A DNA stretch of 64,000 nucleotides from an uncultured Candidatus Saccharibacteria bacterium (lineage in GTDB: Bacteria > Patescibacteriota > UBA1384 > DTJR01): assembly GCA_964580065.1 (NCBI GenBank), contig CAZOJE010000001.1:23717-87716 (forward strand). Direction: 5' to 3'. This document shows positions 34,401 through 42,237 of the stretch, in pieces (the stretch's first letter is position 1; every line of letters starts with the position of its first letter). The notes beneath the pieces were generated by a model. The model was given only the letters and a program-made list of their open reading frames with translations. It was not told the origin of the DNA and ran no database searches. A program made the position numbers and the translations under genes.

Positions 34401-35636
34401 AAACAAAGCGGGGCTACCGCTTCGAGTAGTAACTACTACTGTGGCTTGAATCATGGCACTTATGCCATCGATAGTGATCCGGATACAAACTGGTTCCCGC
34501 TATATGACGGCTCGATAATTCCGTCTTTTACCAACCCTACTGGTAATAATCCGGAATGGCTGCAGGTTAATTTTGCCAATGGAGCGACTAAAAATATTAA
34601 CCAAATTGTGGTGCGGTCGTATAAACCAAAATATTATGCCGATGCCAACGATGTGCTGGCGGATTTTGATTTACAATACTGGGATGGATCTGACTGGCAA
34701 CTCATAGAGAGTGTTACTGGTAATGATGATGAGAACCTGACTTTGGATTTTCCCTATGTAAGCACTAATAAAATCCGTTTAGTGGCAAAATATGGTTTGT
34801 ATGTTTCGGAAATTGAGGCCTATCACGTCAACTATACTCCAACACTTGATAATATCGGAAATAAAAATATTGTTGTCGGAGAGAATTTGTCTTTCAATGT
34901 TTCTGGCAGTGATCCCGAAGACGATACTTTGATTTATTCGGCCAGCAATTTGCCGGAAGGCGCCACTTTCGATGCTCTAACGCATAGTTTTTCCTGGGCC
35001 CCAACAGATTCACAAGTCGGCACTTATACGACAGTTAGATTTACCGTAAGTGACGGCACCGCTTCGGCTTCGGAAGATATCACTATTACTGTTTATGAAA
35101 ATGTGGCCGAGGCCTTAGCTGGTAATGATGACGCAGAAATAGATTTGTTCGAGAGTAGAAGCGTTGAATCGACAACGGAAAAAATAAATCTCGCTCCTAT
35201 CTTGTCGGCTATCGGTAATAAACGCGTAATGGAGCAGACTAGACTTTCTTTCACTGTATTCGCTTCTGATCCCGAAGGCGATACATTAACTTTTTTGGCT
35301 AGTAATTTGCCTCATGGCGCCCGTTTTGATACCGACAATCATAGTTTTTATTGGACGCCATCTGCTAATCAAGTTGGCGAATACGGCGCAGTCACATTTA
35401 CTGTCAGTGATGGACGAAAAAGCGTTTCTGAATCAATTAATATTACCGTTGAACCAAAAAGTATTGTTTCGGAAGTAATTTCTGGCATCAGTAAAATTTT
35501 TTCTCCCCAAAGTAATAACAACGGATCAGCCCAAGGTTCTAACAATGGTTGGATTGTTTTTGCAATCGCCGCTTTGCCGATAACAGGAGCACTTGTGACA
35601 GGGACTATTTATTTAAGGCGATTAATAATGCGATAG
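31431..35636 (+). CDS. giant cell-surface protein: signal peptide, right-handed beta-helix repeats, TIM-barrel-like middle region, F5/8 type C (discoidin) domain, two He_PIG/Ig-like repeats, C-terminal TM anchor
   Basis: Parallel beta-helix repeat motifs (NNVRVAFFEKWAAVSNCNIHDN...). Discoidin-like YYCGLNHGTYAIDSDPDTNWFP...NINQIVVRSY...IRLVAKYGLYVSEIEAY. Duplicated ...LSFNVSGSDPEDDTLIYSASNLPEGATFDALTHSFSWAPT...FTVSDG. C-terminal IVFAIAALPITGALVTGTIYL followed by RR. Confidence 0.75.
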   Translation: MAKFYLNRNFSQVLSVFLVCLVAAVVALWAIRGTRAADTFTYYVRTDGADTNDGLSNSAEGAFKTITKAAEIVNVGDTVLVQAGTYDEQVTLSKSGTESSRITFEGVGAVIIEGGTRVNAVVISGAYNTFKNIEVQHGQTGISVQNANVTIDGCHIHNTSSSYYGAISGDSATIVTNSEINNNVRVAFFEKWAAVSNCNIHDNTGGLSYRQLSSSPRIEIKNNIFTDNQWTFSIYSGDQNKDVLFEGNEFNGGGGFEFSNGKITLIDNSFHDINGPVINLAYYGTPSATDAFIDHNLFDSCNPVLAMYNGITTMFSDDNVFTSDTVISNWQSPEAAAGSWTSAEVGTLPDWQTNSGQDSNSVIGTSLSDTTKSTAYVTSWTVSPILDSNGLNIKFSGTMASRETFTAKLQFSVTDESNNVYTATVNNFNLTAEESSNFDQNVIIPQITGQVLCKLDILDGTDTRVGGKFKYLTSPSAVEVDWLNPSYRASIFTRQTDKEVRVKVTITSENINLSTWSVHAGIRLKNEVDWQQENIFTAAAELTVNLPGGGLAIGSYELVTTLLDDSSVKIDETIMDLTVLAQADNEVRIDENGTILINEEPFFPISIDGDTNQISDFLSFADAGFNVANLYRWNGDNNFWNAIDQTDLKILYIGIVANLLTESQYTTEQKLEFLNSAADTINSLKNHTSFLGYLWGEELVWKNELVSLYQQNAVLDPYHPVAMNGSFSGANSLYYIADIMMNHLYPYPKYSDNAAQVAAKIGNIGDISDANIAVSNGEDIDASFPGLHLAVGKKPWWIWPQYFYGGNWVSGGGGRFLTLTEMRDYIWTEIARGAKGVHFWAYFHDYTNPRMNPKLWESVRAIAGEVRSLEKVLVQTDAANVVSADSTTDLSMKVKEYQGNKYIFATYNGSTAKKIKFYFSSAQSGNIAVWSENRTLSIADNAFEDDFEPTSVHIYTTAAADNNVKMKSLLADSYFADRLSYQAKAGNFASKQSGATASSSNYYCGLNHGTYAIDSDPDTNWFPLYDGSIIPSFTNPTGNNPEWLQVNFANGATKNINQIVVRSYKPKYYADANDVLADFDLQYWDGSDWQLIESVTGNDDENLTLDFPYVSTNKIRLVAKYGLYVSEIEAYHVNYTPTLDNIGNKNIVVGENLSFNVSGSDPEDDTLIYSASNLPEGATFDALTHSFSWAPTDSQVGTYTTVRFTVSDGTASASEDITITVYENVAEALAGNDDAEIDLFESRSVESTTEKINLAPILSAIGNKRVMEQTRLSFTVFASDPEGDTLTFLASNLPHGARFDTDNHSFYWTPSANQVGEYGAVTFTVSDGRKSVSESINITVEPKSIVSEVISGISKIFSPQSNNNGSAQGSNNGWIVFAIAALPITGALVTGTIYLRRLIMR

Positions 35637-35728
35637 ATTTTTTTGTCTATTTTAGCGCACACATATTCATTTTTGTCCTGTTTTATGTTAAGATCTTCAC
35701 TGTAAAAGAGGGGAGAGTTGGTTTTTTT

Positions 35729-35781
35729 GGGCCAGTAGCTCACGGGTTGTGTCGGTTGCCTCTTAAGCAACTTGTCGAGGG
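35729..35781 (+). pseudogene. 5' fragment of tRNA-Lys(CTT) with a mutated D-arm (pseudo-tRNA, 53 nt)
   Basis: GGGCCAGTAGCTCAcGGGTtGtGtcGGTTGCCTCTTAAGCAACTTGTCGAGGG compared with the intact gene at 35952: identical except for the D-loop. Ends where the T-loop would begin. Confidence 0.6.
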
Positions 35782-35828
35782 CTTGAGTGGGTGGAACGCT
35801 CAAGTGCCGGACCGAGTGAGCTAGCGAA

Positions 35829-35877
35829 CGAGGGAGGCGGGGGTTTCGAGGGTGGAACTCGAAACTGCGGCGCACTC
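35829..35877. repeat. second copy of the 47-nt hairpin motif (identical to 4400-4447)
   Basis: Exact identity. Preceded by a related hairpin CTTGAGTG-GGTGGAAC-GCTCAAG with the same loop sequence. Confidence 0.7.
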
Positions 35878-35951
35878 GTTGACAAAAAAATATCGCGCCG
35901 ACTTGTGACCGATCCCCAAGGGGATCGAACATTATAAATATATGTTAGTTT

Positions 35952-36026
35952 GGGCCAGTAGCTCAGTGGTAGAGCGGTTGCCTCTTAAGCAACTTGTCGA
36001 GGGTTCGATCCCCTCCTGGCCCTCCA
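35952..36026 (+). tRNA. tRNA-Lys (anticodon CTT)
   Basis: GGGCCAG-TA-GCTC-AGTGGTA-GAGC-G-GTTGC-CTCTTAA-GCAAC-TTGTC-GAGGG-TTCGATC-CCCTC-CTGGCCC-T-CCA. Confidence 0.85.
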
Positions 36027-36062
36027 AGCAAGTACCCCACGCAAGTGGGGTTTTTGCTTGGA
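36025..36062 (+). terminator. Rho-independent terminator after tRNA-Lys (CCCCACGCAAGTGGGG + TTTTT, with outer CCAAGCAA/TTGCTTGG)
   Basis: Hairpin followed by a T-run. Confidence 0.6.
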
Positions 36063-36153
36063 GTGATTTTGGCGCGGGGATCGAAGGCCGCAGGGCTGAC
36101 TGAGTCCGAGGCCCGCCCCGAAGAAATTTCAGCAGAAATTTACTGAGGGGGAG

Positions 36154-36170
36154 CCCCTCCTGGCCCTCCA
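36154..36170 (+). repeat. 17-19 nt duplicate of the tRNA-Lys 3' end (CCCCTCCTGGCCCTCCAA); att-like remnant
   Basis: Identical to the tRNA 3' terminus, 130 bp downstream of the intact gene. Confidence 0.55.
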
Positions 36171-36427
36171 AACCTATTTTGCGCAAGCAAGGAGGTTTGT
36201 CCTCCGTCTTGTCTATCATAGCTTCATGCGAAGATGGAAGCTCTAAAGAGCGTAGGACGGACTACCCATAACCCATAACTTTACGTGAAGAAGAACATTC
36301 TAAACCTAGAGTTTGCCGCCTAATACAGATAGCTTTTTATTCGAGTAATTGGAGACAATGACCAAAATTTTTGAAAGTAAAAGGGACCTACTTAGTAGGT
36401 CCCTGTGTACAGCTTCTCGTGCTGCAA

Positions 36428-36778
36428 CTAGTCCTCGAACTCGAGGGCAACGCGCCTGATGCGGCGGAACCGGACGAACCGGAACCCTTGGCCGCGCGCG
36501 CCCCAGAAATCGACCTTGGCCGGATCGTTTTCTTCGACCGATTCCGACCAAAGCGGCTTGACACCCTCATGACAGAGCACCGCGATGACCGAGAGGGGGG
36601 CCACGACCACCAGATCGTCGAACCCGCCCTGTTCGTATCGGGTAGCAATCTGCCTAGCGTCATCGAACGGCTTCGAATCCTGTTCGATGATTGTATCGGC
36701 GCCGTACATCTTTTGCAGCGCCTTGATCTGTCGAGGGTGTGGCTTGTGTCGCGACATCCACAAGATCTTTTTCGACAT
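36428..36778 (-). CDS. GC-rich hypothetical protein (strong GC3 bias; foreign-looking)
   Basis: MSKKILWMSRHKPHPRQIKALQKMYGADTIIEQ...GGFDDLVVVAPLSVIAVL.... Third-position G/C dominates the codons. Local GC is above 60% against about 38% background. Confidence 0.4.
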   Translation of the reverse strand: MSKKILWMSRHKPHPRQIKALQKMYGADTIIEQDSKPFDDARQIATRYEQGGFDDLVVVAPLSVIAVLCHEGVKPLWSESVEENDPAKVDFWGARGQGFRFVRFRRIRRVALEFED

Positions 36779-36964
36779 CTGTGTCCCTCCGGTTCGACGG
36801 GTTTGTGCGTTTAGACAGCTAAAAATCTTACTATAAAAATAGCGTTTTGTCTACTTCGCGAATTAGATCATCAGAAATGTTACCGAAATGTTCGCCCGTT
36901 AGCTCATTAACAATGTTACCGTAATTTGGGATAATCTCCGGTCAAACAATCGATAAGACAGGAG

Positions 36965-37180
36965 ATGAAAATGATGAACAAAATGAGCAAAAGAGAGTAT
37001 TTGCGGGAGCTGAAAAAGAGATATCGTAAAGCAAGCAAGAAGCGCAAAACCCAGCTTTTGAATGACTTTTGTACGTTCACTGGCTATCACCGGAAATCAG
37101 CTTTGCGGTTGATTAATAATCGTTTACCAAGTCAATTAGGTAATTTTGTGAAATGTTTTAATTTGGGCGCTGATATTTAA
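36965..37180 (+). pseudogene. truncated transposase/integrase N-terminal HTH fragment (71 aa)
   Basis: MSKREYLRELKKRYRKASKKRKTQLLNDFCTFTGYHRKSALRLI resembles the N-terminal HTH region of DDE-type integrase-core transposases. The ORF stops after 71 aa with no catalytic domain following. Confidence 0.35.
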
Positions 37181-37226
37181 GCGCCTATTGCGAGTAAAAT
37201 TTTATTCGATAAAGTAAATTATAGAT

Positions 37227-37634
37227 ATGAAAAAAATTATTGTTTTTGGATCGTTCGACCCTCTCCATCAAGGTCATTTGAATTTTTTTAATCAGGCAAA
37301 AAAACTTGGTGATTATTTAATTGTTGTGGTGGCGCGAGATGAAAACATTAAAAAAAATAAGAATAGGGAAGTGAGATTTGGCGAAGATGAACGAATGAAA
37401 GCTGTTGAAGCAACACAAATTGCCAACGAAGTGATGTTGGGAGACGAGAGCGATAGCTACACAATCCTTGAAAAAATTAATCCTGACGTTATTGCTGTCG
37501 GTTATGATCAAAAAATCCCCGAGGTCTTGAAAAATAAGGTTAAAAAGTATAAAATTGTCACGTTGAAGCCGTTTAAGCCGGAAATTTTTAAATCGAGTAA
37601 GATGATAAATTCGGATAACGGCCCCATCGTCTAG
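37227..37634 (+). CDS. cytidylyltransferase-family nucleotidyltransferase (HxGH motif; RibL/TagD-like). Its 3' end overlaps tRNA-Glu by about 15 nt.
   Basis: IIVFGSFDPLHQGHLNFF...YLIVVVARDE. Confidence 0.75.
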   Translation: MKKIIVFGSFDPLHQGHLNFFNQAKKLGDYLIVVVARDENIKKNKNREVRFGEDERMKAVEATQIANEVMLGDESDSYTILEKINPDVIAVGYDQKIPEVLKNKVKKYKIVTLKPFKPEIFKSSKMINSDNGPIV

Positions 37635-37694
37635 TGGTCAGGACACCAGGTTTTCATCCTGGCAACCGGGGTTCGACTCCCCGTGGGGTCACCA
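37620..37694 (+). tRNA. tRNA-Glu (anticodon TTC)
   Basis: GGCCCCA-TC-GTCT-AGTGGTCAGGAC-ACCAGG-TTTTCAT-CCTGG-CAAC-CGGGG-TTCGACT-CCCCG-TGGGGTC-A-CCA. Confidence 0.85.
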
Positions 37695-37739
37695 ATTGAA
37701 TTCGTGAGAGGAATAGGTTTTTGTTCCACCCAAAAACCG

Positions 37740-37798
37740 CATCCTGGCAACCGGGGGTTTCGAGAGTGGAGCTCGAAACTATCCCCGTGGGGTCACCA
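37740..37798 (+). repeat. duplicate of the tRNA-Glu 3' half in which the T-loop is replaced by a GTTTCGAG-AGTGGAG-CTCGAAAC hairpin (a relative of the 47-nt motif)
   Basis: CATCCTGGCAACCGGGGG[TTTCGAGAGTGGAGCTCGAAACTA]TCCCCGTGGGGTCACCA compared with the tRNA CATCCTGGCAACCGGGG-TTCGACT-CCCCGTGGGGTCACCA. Confidence 0.65.
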
Positions 37799-37826
37799 GT
37801 TCGCCGCCTTTTTTGGCGGTTTTTTG

Positions 37827-39833
37827 TTAGACGGAAAATTGGCTTTTATAAAGCGATTCGTAAAACCCTTTTTGTGCCAAGAGCTCTTCGTGAGTGCCTT
37901 GTTCGATAACATTTCCGTCTTTCATTACTAAAATTAAATCTGCATCTCTTATCGTCGAAAGTCGATGCGCGATCACGAAACTGGTTTTTCCTTTCATCAA
38001 ATTGTCCATGGCTTTTTGAATAAGAATTTCAGTTCTAGTATCAACCGAACTTGTCGCTTCGTCCAAAATCAACATTGGTGTTTTTGCTAGCATTGCACGG
38101 GCTATGGTTAATAGCTGTTTTTCACCTTGAGAAATATTGCTGGTTTCTTCATTTAACTCCATATCATAACCTTGCGGCAAAGAATGAATAAAATGTTCGG
38201 CATGGGCCGCTTCGGCCGCTTCGATAATTTCTTTTTTGCTGGCGCGATCGTCGCTGTAGGCGATATTATCGCGAATTGTCCCGTTAAATAACCACGTATC
38301 TTGTAAAACCATACCGAAAAGTTGACGAACATCGGCGCGCTTCATATCGTTGATATTTATTCCGTCGATTTTGATTGAGCCGCCTTGAACATCGTAAAAA
38401 CGCATTAGTAAATTTACGAGCGTAGTTTTACCAGCACCAGTGGGACCGACGATGGCAACTCGGTCGCCCGGTTTAATTTTAGCGCTAAGACCTTTGATAA
38501 TAACTTTTTCTGGATCATAGCCGAAAACAACATTATCAAATTCAACTTGACCTTTAACAGTCGGTAATGAAACTAATTTTTCTATTTCAGCGCTTTCCTC
38601 TTTCTCGTTTAAAAATTCAAAAACACGCTCGGCTGCAGCCATGGTAGATTGAATAATATTAGCAATATTGGCTGTTTGTACGATGGGCTGGTTAAACTGC
38701 TGGACATATTGAATGAAGGCCTGAATATCGCCAATTTTAATTCTGTCTTTAATTGCCATCCAGCCACCCAAAACAGAAACACAAACATAACCCAGATTGC
38801 CGATAAAGCTCATGATCGGGAACATAAGACCGGACAGAAATTGCGATTTCCAAGCGCTGTCGTAAATTTTGTTGTTGATAAGGTTGAATTTATTAAGTGA
38901 TTTTTTTTCGCCGTTAAAGGCCTTCATTACAGCATGGCCACCATACATTTCTTCGATATGGCCATTGATTTCGCCAAGACTTTCTTGCTGACGAATGAAC
39001 TGAACTTGAGATTTTTTCATAATAACGCCAATGAGACCAAAGCTAAGTGGCAAAATAACAATGGTTACCAAAGTCAAAAGCCAGCTAATTGACAACATCA
39101 TTATCACAATGCCGACGATCGAAACAATTGACGTTATTATTTGGGAAAGACTTTGGTTGAGCGTTTGGCTGATTGTGTCAACATCGTTAGTGACACGGCT
39201 AAGCACTTCACCGTATGTTCTTTTATCGAAATATTCTAGTGGCAGGCGGTTAATTTTTTGGGAAATATTTCGTCGTAATTTTTGAGTTGCTTTTTGGGTG
39301 ACGCCAGAAATAATCCAACCCTGAACATAGGCAAAAATGGTGCTTAGAGCGTAAAGAACAATCAGAAACACCGCGATTTGTTTCATTTTATCAAAATGAA
39401 ATACCGGCCTTTCGGACATATCGAGATTTTTAATTTTCTCGAGAGTGTCAGAGGGGATTTTTTCTTTGACTTGAGGAGACATTTTTTTAATAAAATCTGC
39501 TCCAGTCGTACCTTTGGGCAATTTTGTGCCGGCAGGCAGTTGTGACATTATTTCTTCGTAAGCTTTAACATTGACGTAATCATCAACTATTTGATTAGTA
39601 ACCCGCCCGAGAATTTTAGGGCTGACAATCGAAAATATAGTGCTGATTGCGGCAAAAACTATAACGACAATAATTGATGTCCAGTATGGTTTGAGATAAC
39701 GCACTAAATTTTTAAAAGTGCCTTTAAAATCTTTGGCTTTTTCCGCTGGACCGCCAATGGGAGGTCCGCCAAAAGGTCCGCCCATTCTTTTGTTTGATTT
39801 TTGATTCATTTTAGTTGTTTCGTTTTCTGCCAT
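37827..39833 (-). CDS. ABC transporter ATP-binding/permease fusion (exporter, MsbA/MdlB-like), partner 2 of a heterodimer
   Basis: Six N-terminal TM helices. Walker A GPTGAGKTT. Signature LSGGQKQ (ISQGEKQ). Walker B ILDEATS. Confidence 0.9.
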   Translation of the reverse strand: MAENETTKMNQKSNKRMGGPFGGPPIGGPAEKAKDFKGTFKNLVRYLKPYWTSIIVVIVFAAISTIFSIVSPKILGRVTNQIVDDYVNVKAYEEIMSQLPAGTKLPKGTTGADFIKKMSPQVKEKIPSDTLEKIKNLDMSERPVFHFDKMKQIAVFLIVLYALSTIFAYVQGWIISGVTQKATQKLRRNISQKINRLPLEYFDKRTYGEVLSRVTNDVDTISQTLNQSLSQIITSIVSIVGIVIMMLSISWLLTLVTIVILPLSFGLIGVIMKKSQVQFIRQQESLGEINGHIEEMYGGHAVMKAFNGEKKSLNKFNLINNKIYDSAWKSQFLSGLMFPIMSFIGNLGYVCVSVLGGWMAIKDRIKIGDIQAFIQYVQQFNQPIVQTANIANIIQSTMAAAERVFEFLNEKEESAEIEKLVSLPTVKGQVEFDNVVFGYDPEKVIIKGLSAKIKPGDRVAIVGPTGAGKTTLVNLLMRFYDVQGGSIKIDGININDMKRADVRQLFGMVLQDTWLFNGTIRDNIAYSDDRASKKEIIEAAEAAHAEHFIHSLPQGYDMELNEETSNISQGEKQLLTIARAMLAKTPMLILDEATSSVDTRTEILIQKAMDNLMKGKTSFVIAHRLSTIRDADLILVMKDGNVIEQGTHEELLAQKGFYESLYKSQFSV

Positions 39834-39834
39834 T

Positions 39835-41676
39835 TTATTTTTTTATGTTGGAAATTGTCTTTAACTCTTTGTCGGAAAGTTGTGAAAAAGCAATTTCGCG
39901 ATAAACTTCATTAGTTTTTAGTAGATTTTCATGAGTTCCTTGACCGACAATCTTCCCTTCATCAATTACGATAATTTTATCGGCATTCATAATACTCCCG
40001 ATGCGCTGGCCGATAATTATTACGGTTTTATCCTTGGTTTGTTTAGCCAAATCAGCGCGGAGTTTGGCATCTGTTTTAAAGTCTAGTGCTGAAAAAGAAT
40101 CGTCAAAAATATAAACTTTTGCGTCTTTGGCTAAAGCGCGGGCGATCGAGAGTCTTTGTTTTTGACCACCTGAAACATTTGCCCCGCCTTGAGCAATGAA
40201 AGAATCGTATTTATCTTCGATTTTATCTATAAATTCGTCAGCTTGAGCAGTTTGAGCGGCTTGTTTAACTTCTTCGTCGGTTGTTTTTTCACGACCGTAT
40301 TTTATATTAGATTTGATTGTCCCAGAAAAGAGAACTCCTTTTTGTGGTACATAACCGAGTTGATTACGCAAATCCTCTAATTTAATGTCTCGGATATCAA
40401 CGCCATCAAGAAGAATTTGCCCAGCGGTTACATCATAAAATCGCGGAATCAAGTTAATAATAGTGGATTTGCCACTTCCAGTACTGCCAATAAAGGCGGT
40501 GGTTTGTCCCGGCTCGGCTGTAAATGAAATATCGGTTAGCACGGGCAAGTCAGCGTCGGGATAAGAAAAAGTGACTTCTTTGAATTCAACCAGTCCCCTG
40601 ACTCTACTGTTCATATTCACCGGTTTTTTCGGTTCTTTAATTGTTAGTGGAGTTTTGAGAATCTCGGCTATTCTCTTTGTTGAAACTGAGGCGCGAGGAA
40701 ACATAATAAAGATTATCGAAATCATCAAAAATGACATAATTGTTTGGATTGAATATTGCATGAAGGCCATCATGTTGCCGATTTGTAGATTGTTGGCATC
40801 GATTAGATGAGCGCCAAACCAAACAACTCCAAGTGTTGCGAAGTTTAAAATCAACATCATGATGGGCTGAACCATTGCCATGAGTCGATTAACAAACAAA
40901 TTCATTTTTGTTAGGTCGGTGTTAGCTTTCTCAAATTTTTCTTCTTCTTTAGCTTCATTATTAAAAGCGCGAATAACTCTTAAGCCAGTGAGGTTTTCGC
41001 GGGTGACCAAATTCAGCTTATCGACTAATTTTTGTAATAGCTGGAACCTCGGTATGCCAATGCCGAAAAGCGTAATAATTACACAAAACATGCAGACAAC
41101 GGCAACCACAATGAGCCAACTCATCGAAGGTGCATTTTGATAGGCCTTTTGAAGGGCGCCAACAGCCATGATGGGGGCCATTAAAACCATACGAAAAAAC
41201 ATTAGTGTGACGGTTTGGATTTGCTGGACGTCGTTGGTAGTTCGCGTAATTAAAGAAGCGGTAGAAAAATTATTGAATTCGCTTAAGGAAAAACTTTCCA
41301 CTTTGGCAAAAGTTTTCTCGCGCAGTGATTTAGAAAATCCTGTGGCAATACGGGCGGCCAAAAAACCAACGCCAACGGCGCAGACAACACCAATAAAAGA
41401 AACAGCAATCATCCTTATCCCGTCATCTATTATAATGGCGTTATCTTTAGCAACAATTCCTTCATTGATTATTTTGGCCATGTAATCCGGGAGACGCAAA
41501 TTCGCCATCACTTGAATATAAGTAAAGGCAATTAACACTAGAATGTGCCAAATATATGGCTTAAATAATTTAATTATTTTGTTCAATTTAGTACCTTTTT
41601 TAACCTTATGCGATATCAATCTCGCACATGACTTTAATATGTTGACATTTTCGATTACCCTTGTCAATGGTGGCAA
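39835..41676 (-). CDS. ABC transporter ATP-binding/permease fusion (exporter), partner 1
   Basis: Walker A GSTGSGKST. Signature VSGGQKQR. Walker B IFDDSFSALD. Confidence 0.9.
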   Translation of the reverse strand: MPPLTRVIENVNILKSCARLISHKVKKGTKLNKIIKLFKPYIWHILVLIAFTYIQVMANLRLPDYMAKIINEGIVAKDNAIIIDDGIRMIAVSFIGVVCAVGVGFLAARIATGFSKSLREKTFAKVESFSLSEFNNFSTASLITRTTNDVQQIQTVTLMFFRMVLMAPIMAVGALQKAYQNAPSMSWLIVVAVVCMFCVIITLFGIGIPRFQLLQKLVDKLNLVTRENLTGLRVIRAFNNEAKEEEKFEKANTDLTKMNLFVNRLMAMVQPIMMLILNFATLGVVWFGAHLIDANNLQIGNMMAFMQYSIQTIMSFLMISIIFIMFPRASVSTKRIAEILKTPLTIKEPKKPVNMNSRVRGLVEFKEVTFSYPDADLPVLTDISFTAEPGQTTAFIGSTGSGKSTIINLIPRFYDVTAGQILLDGVDIRDIKLEDLRNQLGYVPQKGVLFSGTIKSNIKYGREKTTDEEVKQAAQTAQADEFIDKIEDKYDSFIAQGGANVSGGQKQRLSIARALAKDAKVYIFDDSFSALDFKTDAKLRADLAKQTKDKTVIIIGQRIGSIMNADKIIVIDEGKIVGQGTHENLLKTNEVYREIAFSQLSDKELKTISNIKK

Positions 41677-41722
41677 TATTGTTTTGTTATGTGGTAGAAT
41701 TAAAAAAATAAACGGAGGGGAA

Positions 41723-42184
41723 ATGCCTAACGACGAAAAATCTAATACTTGGCGAGATACTATCTCGATTTTATCTTTACTGCTTTTAGCGACACCTTTT
41801 CAGGCAGTTGGGGTGATTATCATGTGGCTTATATCGCGATGGTCTTACATCACAAAGTGGATTGTTACGGCTGTTGTGATTATCAACCTTGGTATTTTCG
41901 GTAAATATAGTATTAATGCTTACAAATATTACGGGTATCAAAAAGCGTTTACGCCGCTTTTAAGCGTTCAGCAAGCTCTGGACATTTATGGCGTGGTCAA
42001 CGGCAAGTATCCTGACAAGGTCGATCAGCTCAAACCCAAATATATTTTATCGATTCCCGAAGGATACGATATTCAATATTCGCAATTAGAAGATGGAAAA
42101 AGCTATTCACTCAAAGCGAAAGTAAACGGCAAAGAAATAGAACTAAGGCCCTCGTTTACTCAACTTCCCGAAAAATCCTCCTAA
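41723..42184 (+). CDS. small two-TM membrane protein (hypothetical)
   Basis: GGAGGGG SD before MPNDEKS. The earlier part of the track ORF overlaps the ABC gene and was discarded. Confidence 0.45.
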   Translation: MPNDEKSNTWRDTISILSLLLLATPFQAVGVIIMWLISRWSYITKWIVTAVVIINLGIFGKYSINAYKYYGYQKAFTPLLSVQQALDIYGVVNGKYPDKVDQLKPKYILSIPEGYDIQYSQLEDGKSYSLKAKVNGKEIELRPSFTQLPEKSS

Positions 42185-42237
42185 ATAGTTGACTTTCAGT
42201 CTATAAAAAGCGAAAATTGTTCTTCGCAGGAAGAATA

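Noticed and set aside
36371-36836. + strand ORFs (147 aa, 83 aa) and a minus-strand 91-aa ORF in GC-rich islet 3
   Set aside because: They are antisense or offset-frame shadows of the GC3-biased 36428-36778 minus-strand ORF. Arg/Pro-rich low-complexity products.
38649-41485. Multiple 60-105-aa ORFs on the + strand inside the ABC transporter genes
   Set aside because: They are antisense to long, well-supported ABC exporter CDSs.
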